Below are positions 8,809-14,744 of a stretch of DNA of 32,000 bases, in pieces. The stretch's first letter is position 1. Each line of letters opens with the position of its first letter. Origin of the DNA: Candidatus Saccharimonadota bacterium (lineage in GTDB: Bacteria; Patescibacteriota; Gracilibacteria; UBA4473); the NCBI GenBank assembly GCA_030429505.1, contig JAUIFI010000001.1, forward strand, positions 720,001 through 752,000. The letters are read 5' to 3'. Made by a program: the position numbers and the translations under genes. The notes beneath the pieces are model-generated. The model did no database searches. It saw only the letters and a program-made list of their open reading frames with translations, and had not been told where the DNA came from.

Positions 8809-9342
8809 ATGAGATTATTTTATTCTAGACATATTCACCATAAAAAATCCGCCTTCACCATGATGGAATTACTTCTCTACCTTAGTATAGCCATCGTGCT
8901 ACTAACAAGTATCGCCTCCTTTCTTCCCACCATCATAGAATCACGAATCAAAAATCAAGTCATAGCCCAAATCGAACAAGAAGGACTATACATAACCAAC
9001 CTTATCACACACACCATACGAAACGCCTCCACTATCTCCTCTCCAGCAGCCGGATTTACGAGTGGAGAATTATCCCTCGCTATGCCCGATGCAAACGCTG
9101 ACCCCACTAATTTTTCAACCTCCCTCGGAGCCTTTCAAATTAGTGAAAATCTCAGTTCTCCCATAGAAATCACCTCATCTAAAACTGAAGTCTCCAATGT
9201 AGAATTTCATAACATCTCAAGAACAGACACCCCTGGGACAATCCGCTTCAAATTCACCCTAACTCATAAAAACGAGAACAATAAAAACGAATACGACTAC
9301 TCCAAAACCTTCCAAACTTCAGCCAGCCTCCGTCATCCATAA
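8809..9342 (+). CDS. Pilin-like protein with prepilin-type N-terminal motif (minor pilin)
   Basis: N-terminus KKSA|FTMMELLLYLSIAIVLL (Phe+1, Glu+5). Confidence 0.7.
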   Translation: MRLFYSRHIHHKKSAFTMMELLLYLSIAIVLLTSIASFLPTIIESRIKNQVIAQIEQEGLYITNLITHTIRNASTISSPAAGFTSGELSLAMPDANADPTNFSTSLGAFQISENLSSPIEITSSKTEVSNVEFHNISRTDTPGTIRFKFTLTHKNENNKNEYDYSKTFQTSASLRHP

Positions 9343-9344
9343 TT

Positions 9345-9764
9345 ATGAAAAAAACAAGCCATTCTCTATCTCAAAAAACAAAAGGCTACGCCGTCCTTCT
9401 CAGCATGATAATACTTGGAGTTATAGGAACATCAGTCAGCCTCTCCAACCTTCTATTGGGCATAGGAAGCTCTCGCACGAGCTTCAATGCACAACAAGCC
9501 GCCGAAGCCAAAGCACTCGCCTCAGCGTGCGCCGAACAAGCCCTCGACAGCCTCAGACAAAACACCAGCTACTCTGGAGACGAAACCATAAATCTCGGCA
9601 ACGGAAGCTGTGATATTCAATCCATCGGAGGAAGTGGCAATAGTGATAGAACCATCCAAGTAATAGGAAAAATCAACACTATTCAACGAAAAATAAAAAT
9701 AGAAATCACCGAAGTACAACCCAATATGACCATTAGTACCTGGCAAGAAGTAACTAATCTTTAA
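9345..9764 (+). CDS. PilX-like minor pilin / pilus assembly protein
   Basis: N-terminal hydrophobic helix KG|YAVLLSMIILGVIG without Glu+5. The size and operon position are typical of PilX-N proteins. Confidence 0.55.
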   Translation: MKKTSHSLSQKTKGYAVLLSMIILGVIGTSVSLSNLLLGIGSSRTSFNAQQAAEAKALASACAEQALDSLRQNTSYSGDETINLGNGSCDIQSIGGSGNSDRTIQVIGKINTIQRKIKIEITEVQPNMTISTWQEVTNL

Positions 9765-9864
9765 AATAAAATATTTTAAAGATCAAAGCAATCGAATATT
9801 TTTTGTGTTCAAAGATTGCCTATGCTAGCATTGAACTGTCTTCACCACCATTCATTAAATAAAA

Positions 9865-10362
9865 ATGAAAAACAATACATCCACTCCCGCTACAAAAAAA
9901 GGCTTCAGCCTTCTTGAGATGCTCTTGGTTGTTGCCGCCATCGGAATTTTAGCAGGAATCGTTATCCTCGCTCTCAATCCTGGAAAACAACTCGCTGATA
10001 CCAGAAACGCTCAACGAAAAGCTGACGTTAATACTATTCTCAACGCTGTGTATCAATATGCCATTGATAGCAATACTGGAGCTCTTCCAAGCACTATCCT
10101 TGCCGCTGGAGACTGCTCAACAAACACAAATCTGATCTGTACCACAGGAGGAGACTGTAACGGTGGCACAAACGCCGAAGGACACAATCTCGTTGACCTT
10201 GCTGTACTAACCAACAGCGGAACATATCTCGTAAATATGCCCACAGATCCTACTACAACCACTACCAACGGAACCGGATATAGCATCTTTCAAGACGCTA
10301 ATAGCCGAGTGACCGTCTGTGCACCGAATGCTGAAGGAGGAACCATCAGCGCTAGTCGATAA
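9865..10362 (+). CDS. Type IV pilin (probable major pilin)
   Basis: N-terminus KKG|FSLLEMLLVVAAIGILAGIV is a canonical prepilin signal. It has four Cys in the C-terminal half, its own upstream intergenic region, and a strong terminator downstream. Confidence 0.8.
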   Translation: MKNNTSTPATKKGFSLLEMLLVVAAIGILAGIVILALNPGKQLADTRNAQRKADVNTILNAVYQYAIDSNTGALPSTILAAGDCSTNTNLICTTGGDCNGGTNAEGHNLVDLAVLTNSGTYLVNMPTDPTTTTTNGTGYSIFQDANSRVTVCAPNAEGGTISASR

Positions 10363-10385
10363 AACAAACACACACATAAAAAAAA

Positions 10386-10414
10386 GCACCCCTCTTCTCT
10401 GGGGTGTTTTTTTT
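10386..10414 (+). terminator. Rho-independent terminator after the pilin gene
   Basis: Stem GCACCCC / GGGGTG with an 8-nt loop, followed by T8. Confidence 0.7.
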
Positions 10415-10452
10415 AGCTAGCGAAAAACACCCCGCTCAACTACAATAAAAAC

Positions 10453-11598
10453 ATGGTAGCAAGCAAATCCAAAGAAGAACCATCAGACTTTTTTCTAGCG
10501 ATGTCTGGGATCGGCACCTGGGAATGGAATACCAAAAAACTTATCTGGGACGATTATATGTTTACCCTTTATGGACTAGAAAAAACAACCATCACCGAAA
10601 ACTATCCCCTCTACCGACCCTCTATCCATCCAGACGAAAAAGACCGAGTCGAAATAGAAGTAGAATATGCCTTAGACGGGAAAAAAGATCTCGACACATC
10701 ATTTAAAATTCTTCTTCCAGATAAAAGCATCCGCTACCTCCATGTTCGAGGAAAAAATTTTTTTGATAGCAAAAAAAAAATAGCCTCCATAAAAGGAACT
10801 GCTTGGGACATAACCAAAAGAAAACAACTTGAAAAAGAACTACAAGAAAAAATACGAAAAGTCAGCCAAGAAAAAGAAATCGAACGAATGAAAAGTGAAT
10901 TTGTATCTCTTGCAGCACACCAACTTCGCACTCCACTCACCTCTATGAACTGGTATATCGAACTTCTTGAAAACAAAGACACCGGTCCTTTAAACGAAGA
11001 ACAAATTGAATGTATTGAAAATATTCACGAAGAAAGTCAGCGCATGACAAATCTCGTCGAAGAATTTTTAAACCTCGCCAGAATCGAAAGTGGCAAACTC
11101 AAACAAAATCTCACTCTCACCGATCCCACCACATTCATCACAAAAACCATACAAGAATGTCATCCTCTTGCACACAAAAAAAACATCAAACTTGTCTTTG
11201 AAAAACCATCTCAAAAGATGGACTCCATCCAACTCGATAAAATTCTCATACATCAAGTCATCCATAATCTCATAACCAACGCCATCAAATACGCAAGTGA
11301 AAAAACAACTATCATCATTAGAGCCAAAGACCACAAACAATCACTCATTATACAAGTTTCCAATAAAGGCATCGGTATACCAAAATCCGTTCAACCACGA
11401 ATATTCGAAAAATTCTTCCGAGCCGATAACGCCGTATCGGTACAAACAGACGGATCAGGACTCGGACTACATATCGCCAAAAACATCATAGAAGACGCTG
11501 GAGGAAAAATATGGTTCACCTCAGAAGAAGGCAAAGAAACCATATTTTCTCTTTCACTTCCACGAAAAAATACTACCATCACTACAAAACAAACATGA
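10453..11598 (+). CDS. PAS-domain sensor histidine kinase
   Basis: N-terminal PAS-like region (GTWEWN...). H box SLAAHQLRTPLTS, N box HNLITNAIKY, G1 SNKGIGIP, G2 GSGLGLHIAK. Confidence 0.85.
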   Translation: MVASKSKEEPSDFFLAMSGIGTWEWNTKKLIWDDYMFTLYGLEKTTITENYPLYRPSIHPDEKDRVEIEVEYALDGKKDLDTSFKILLPDKSIRYLHVRGKNFFDSKKKIASIKGTAWDITKRKQLEKELQEKIRKVSQEKEIERMKSEFVSLAAHQLRTPLTSMNWYIELLENKDTGPLNEEQIECIENIHEESQRMTNLVEEFLNLARIESGKLKQNLTLTDPTTFITKTIQECHPLAHKKNIKLVFEKPSQKMDSIQLDKILIHQVIHNLITNAIKYASEKTTIIIRAKDHKQSLIIQVSNKGIGIPKSVQPRIFEKFFRADNAVSVQTDGSGLGLHIAKNIIEDAGGKIWFTSEEGKETIFSLSLPRKNTTITTKQT

Positions 11599-11939
11599 AA
11601 CTCAAAACCAAAAGTATCTACAAAAACAAAAAGGAAAGTTTTTTCTCTGGAATCGCAAACATTTTTAAATTCATCGGAAAGTGCACCGTGAATATTCTTA
11701 AAAGTATATGGATTTGTATAAAAACCATACTCAACTTTCTCCTAAAATGTATAAAATACATCTTTCTCATAATCTTTGGTGCCATTATCAGCATCTCAAT
11801 CTTTCTGGTCTCCATTGGACTATTGATATCCCTCATTTCCAAAGCCTTTGACCTTCCACAAAGCCCAGCTTTCCAAGAAATACGTGAAAATATCCTACAA
11901 ACAATGATCATCGAATCCGAAAGTAATATGAAAAAATAA
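11595..11939 (+). CDS. Small membrane protein (hypothetical)
   Basis: Same frame as track ORF 11511-11939. I prefer the ATG at 11595, which overlaps the kinase stop (ATGA). Hydrophobic segment IFLIIFGAIISISIFLVSIGLLISLI. Confidence 0.5.
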   Translation: MKLKTKSIYKNKKESFFSGIANIFKFIGKCTVNILKSIWICIKTILNFLLKCIKYIFLIIFGAIISISIFLVSIGLLISLISKAFDLPQSPAFQEIRENILQTMIIESESNMKK

Positions 11940-11998
11940 ATTGCTCCAGAAGTTCAAAGAGCTTTATAATAAAAGTAATTTATTAACCCACTCCCCCC

Positions 11999-12388
11999 AT
12001 GGCACTCTCATTCTTTTTGGCTCAAGTGTTTGGTCTCACCTTGACGATCACCGGACTCGGGATCCTTATAAATCGTGATCGAATCGACAAAATCATGAGC
12101 GATATGGAAAAAAACCACGCGCTCACCTATCTCGCCGGTATGTTCACACTCATTATCGGTACACTCCTTATCCTCACTCATAATATCTGGTACGGTGGTT
12201 GGGCCGTCATCATTACGGTTCTTGGATGGCTTACTTTCCTTAAAGGAATTTTTTATATGCTTTTCCCAAAAGCTATGTTCAGTATGGCAAAGTCTATGCA
12301 AAAACAAGGTTGGTACAACTTCGCATCCATCGTCATCCTTATCCTCGGTATCTACCTAATGTATGTAGGATTTAACGGAATTCTGTAA
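11999..12388 (+). CDS. Integral membrane protein (hypothetical, ~4 TM segments)
   Basis: 129-aa ORF with four hydrophobic stretches, followed by a terminator. Confidence 0.6.
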   Translation: MALSFFLAQVFGLTLTITGLGILINRDRIDKIMSDMEKNHALTYLAGMFTLIIGTLLILTHNIWYGGWAVIITVLGWLTFLKGIFYMLFPKAMFSMAKSMQKQGWYNFASIVILILGIYLMYVGFNGIL

Positions 12389-12414
12389 AAGCAAAAAATA
12401 CAAAAACAAAAAAG

Positions 12415-12444
12415 CCAAGATGAATATATGTCTTGGTTTTTTTT
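12415..12444. terminator. Bidirectional rho-independent terminator
   Basis: Stem CCAAGA / TCTTGG with a 10-nt loop. T8 lies downstream on the + strand and an A-run upstream, which gives a T-run on the - strand. Confidence 0.7.
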
Positions 12445-12445
12445 A

Positions 12446-12628
12446 TTGGGGAAGGTGGCAAGAAGCTCTTACCCCGCTAGAGCGGGGACGAGGTTCCGTA
12501 ATAGTCGTCCCAAAAAATCGGGACTCCTTTACTTCAACGAACTCATACGAGTTCAATTCATGCCATTCTGCTATGCAGAAATATAAAAAACTCGCTGTAC
12601 CACAAGGGCACATCGATTTTTTTATTCC
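12446..12628. other. Structured, relatively GC-rich non-coding segment (possible ncRNA of unknown class)
   Basis: Series of perfect short hairpins: CCCCGC-TAGA-GCGGGG, GGGACGA-N13-TCGTCCC, GAACTC-ATAC-GAGTTC, TTCTGC-TAT-GCAGAA. There is no credible ORF; track ORF 12420-12866 runs through the terminator and hairpins. Confidence 0.3.
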
Positions 12629-12858
12629 TTGGTGGAGCAGGCGTGACACATTTCCAACTTTTTTTGGATTTTGTTCGAGAAATCAATCTGTATGCGAAAG
12701 AACTCTTCGAATTACAAATTTCCATGCGAAGATTGGAAAAGATTTTGCAGGCTCCTTCAAAACAATATTGTTCGAGAAGCTTCATTTACTGAGGCTTGAA
12801 TTCTTGAGGTGTTTGAATAAGCTAACGGCATGTATAACTTTATATTGTTTACCTAGTG

Positions 12859-13023
12859 ATGGGTGAACAGAACAAACCTCTTTATTCCAAACAAGAGGTT
12901 CAAGAAGTTCGCAGTCTTACGAGGATTGTCAAAGACATAGACCTCAAAGACGAGCGACGAAGGCTTAATGCCAAGAGGATGATTAACGCCTCAGGAGAAA
13001 CGGTTTACTTCAATGAGTGGTAA
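12859..13023 (+). CDS. Possible small ORF (54 aa, MGEQNKPLYSKQEVQEVRSLTRIVKDIDLKDERRRLNAKRMINASGETVYFNEW)
   Basis: Found by manual translation; it is below the ORF-track size cutoff. It ends 18 nt before a terminator hairpin. No obvious RBS and no recognised family. Confidence 0.3.
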   Translation: MGEQNKPLYSKQEVQEVRSLTRIVKDIDLKDERRRLNAKRMINASGETVYFNEW

Positions 13024-13040
13024 ATACTTTCTTCCATTAA

Positions 13041-13075
13041 AAAATCTCTCAATAGTCTTGTTGGGAGATTTTTTA
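13041..13075. terminator. Bidirectional terminator between the small ORF (+) and the 222-aa gene (-)
   Basis: Stem AATCTCTC / GGGAGATT (one G-U pair) with a 12-nt loop, flanked by A4 upstream and T-run downstream. Confidence 0.6.
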
Positions 13076-13083
13076 CAAAAGGA

Positions 13084-13752
13084 TTATATTTTTTCCAAGG
13101 TTAATCCTGAACATTGAGGAAAGAATATTCTTATATTTTCCTTACAATCATCAGGAAATTTAACCTCTTTAAGGCTGAATTGAAGAATTTTGTCTGCATT
13201 TCCTGATTCATGTCCCAAACATCTCCATTCGCAAGCTAGTAGTTCTTTTTTTGTGGTTTCTTGTGTTACTTTAATTTTTGTTTTTCCTTCGAAAGACTTA
13301 ACTAAAAGCTTCCCAGAAACCATAGAGAAGTTGATTTCAATATTTTCGCTGACAGCAGAATTTAAAATGACATCTAGGCGCTCTATTTCATCGTCAGGAA
13401 TCTTTGGAAGTTTCTCTAGGTGTTCCACCCACATTACAAAAAAGTTATTGAAGGCTGTGCGGTCTACAGAAACTCTTTTGTCGTTCGTCTTTGGTTTCGA
13501 TTCATCTTCTCCTGATTCAAGGATGAAACGATTGTTTTTAGTATCTTTTATGTGTACTCGTCCAGTTTTATGGAAAGAAATATGGTCAATCTCCACGTTA
13601 TTAGTTTTTCCACCGACCTTTGATGCTTGTACTTGAGAAGGAGTGAATAAAATATCACCAGTAAATCTTTGGACGGTAATCATTCCAATATTAAAAAAAT
13701 AAGATGAATACTTAATGACGATTCTATAGCTGACATTGTCTTGTGAATTCAT
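13084..13752 (-). CDS. Hypothetical protein (orphan, 222 aa), co-transcribed downstream of the LexA-like repressor
   Basis: A long ORF that starts 1 nt after the stop of the upstream gene. No motif recognised. Confidence 0.65.
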   Translation of the reverse strand: MNSQDNVSYRIVIKYSSYFFNIGMITVQRFTGDILFTPSQVQASKVGGKTNNVEIDHISFHKTGRVHIKDTKNNRFILESGEDESKPKTNDKRVSVDRTAFNNFFVMWVEHLEKLPKIPDDEIERLDVILNSAVSENIEINFSMVSGKLLVKSFEGKTKIKVTQETTKKELLACEWRCLGHESGNADKILQFSLKEVKFPDDCKENIRIFFPQCSGLTLEKI

Positions 13753-13753
13753 T

Positions 13754-14437
13754 TTAAAATTTCGGCTTTTTAATAACTTGTTTTATCGTCCCGTTCACCA
13801 TAAAGGCATCATCTTCGTGGATGTATATGGGGGGGAGTTCAGTTTTAGATTCAGAGAGCAAAACAATTTGATTATTTTCGGTATCCCTGACGAATTTTTT
13901 AATATTTGCTCCTCCGTCAATTACAGAGAGAACATAATCACCGTTTTGAGGGTTTCTTTCCTCAGAATCAATAATGACGTAATCACCATCTTCAATTGTG
14001 TCACCTCCCACATCGGCATCATTCATTGAATCGCCCGTAGCTTTTAAGACGAATAATGATTTTTTTGGGATTACTTCTAATAAATTTTTGGAGATTTTTA
14101 AAAATCCTTCCAAATTTTCTTCCGCAATAGCGAGTGGGGAACCACAGCAAGCTTTTCCTAATATAGGAATTGAAATGAATGCATTACTTTCATCTTCTGT
14201 ATTGATTCCTACCCGCTCTAAAACATTTTCTTTGTGGTTTATTCGAATCAGCCCTCTTTTTTCTAGCTGTAGAACATGATTTTTTATTTGTTGAGGATGA
14301 GGATTATCTTCTCCAATAGCTTTTCCAATGTCTCGCAATTTTTTCGAAAGTTTCCCACCGTTATCGTCTATAGCCTGAAGAATTTTGCTCTGAGTTTTAT
14401 GCATTATTTTATTTTTAAGACAGCTGAATTCTATCAT
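13754..14437 (-). CDS. LexA/CI-type repressor: N-terminal winged-helix DNA-binding domain + C-terminal S24 self-cleaving peptidase
   Basis: The N-terminus (SKILQAIDDNGGKLS...IKNHVLQLEKRGLIRI) resembles the LexA DNA-binding domain. GKACC-GSPLAIAEENLEG aligns with the LexA/UmuD cleavage-site region. The Ser nucleophile is in ATGDSMND and the Lys in GGANIKKF. Confidence 0.85.
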   Translation of the reverse strand: MIEFSCLKNKIMHKTQSKILQAIDDNGGKLSKKLRDIGKAIGEDNPHPQQIKNHVLQLEKRGLIRINHKENVLERVGINTEDESNAFISIPILGKACCGSPLAIAEENLEGFLKISKNLLEVIPKKSLFVLKATGDSMNDADVGGDTIEDGDYVIIDSEERNPQNGDYVLSVIDGGANIKKFVRDTENNQIVLLSESKTELPPIYIHEDDAFMVNGTIKQVIKKPKF

Positions 14438-14438
14438 G

Positions 14439-14491
14439 TGTCACAAATGAAATCAAGTCGATTTGACAAATGTGACAAAATCCTATAGACT
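14439..14491. promoter_or_regulatory. Divergent promoter/operator region: inverted heptamers, repeated ACAAA motifs and a consensus -35
   Basis: Inverted heptamers TGTCACA (14439-14445) / TGTGACA (14471-14477). Inner inverted pair AAATC (14450-14454) / GATTT (14460-14464). (C/G)ACAAA(T/A) occurs three times, at 14442, 14465 and 14474. TTGACA at 14463-14468 is followed 15-17 nt later by TATAGA/TAGACT (14484-14491). Confidence 0.45.
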
Positions 14492-14516
14492 CCGCTCGTA
14501 TTCTTAATTTACTCAG

Positions 14517-14744
14517 ATGGGGTACAAGCAGACATGGGTTTCTCCCAATGACGGTAACGGCTGGAAAGTTCATCACCCAGAAAATGAACGAGCATCTCGT
14601 GTTTTCGACACAAAACAAGATGCTGTGGACTGGGGAAGACAACATTCTAAAAACGAACATACTGAATTTATAGTTCAAAAAGGAGATGGAGAAATTCAGT
14701 TTAAAGACTCTCATGGGAATGACCCTCGTAACATCAAAGGATGA
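14517..14744 (+). CDS. DUF2188-family small protein
   Basis: The 75-aa sequence VSPNDGNGWKVHHPENERASRVFDTKQDAVDWGRQHSKNEHTEFIVQKGDGEIQFKDSHGNDP matches my recollection of the DUF2188 pattern (W.V......S..F.T..eA...a.......e..IH..DG.I......GNDP). Confidence 0.75.
   Translation: MGYKQTWVSPNDGNGWKVHHPENERASRVFDTKQDAVDWGRQHSKNEHTEFIVQKGDGEIQFKDSHGNDPRNIKG

Noticed and set aside
12629-12650. A second tRNA or tmRNA 3' end on the - strand (..CACGCCTGCTCCACCA).
   Set aside because: No T-loop (TTCGA/TTCAA) or T stem precedes it, and CTGCTCC cannot pair with the tmRNA 5' GGGGGTG. It is better explained as the attP-derived arm of the island.
12446-12700. Possible long (Bacillus-type) SRP RNA. The segments GGGGAAGGTGGC, CCGCTAGAGCGGGG and GAGGTTCCG loosely recall the Alu-domain sequence of B. 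subtilis scRNA, and GGAGCAGGC recalls the helix-8 GGAAGCAGC.
   Set aside because: I could not build the conserved helix 8. There is no GNRA tetraloop and no AGG / AGCA symmetric loop. The best partial matches fall on opposite strands. The candidate S domain would also span the proposed island boundary. I left it as an unclassified structured region; cmscan would settle it.
12420-12866. Track ORF of 148 aa on the + strand, and the antisense ORFs 12443-12649 and 12558-12785.
   Set aside because: It starts inside a terminator hairpin and runs through the hairpin array and the att core. It also has a Cys/Phe/Arg-rich composition that is implausible for a protein. It is most likely non-coding.
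12380-12890. RNase P RNA in the ~700-bp gene-free stretch. ACAGAAC occurs at ~12867, GGAAAAG...GGCTCC at ~12735, and AAAGGAGTCC on the - strand.
   Set aside because: Neither strand contains the universal GGAAAGUCC (CR-I) paired with an ACAGAA-NCCGGCUUA-type CR-V. The fragments are scattered and cannot form P4.
11596-14744. Alternative genetic code with UGA recoded, as in some candidate phyla.
   Set aside because: TGA coincides with natural gene ends and coupled starts (ATGA at 11595-11598 and at 14741-14744). The conserved proteins are full length without reading through TGA. The tRNA-Trp anticodon is CCA, not UCA.
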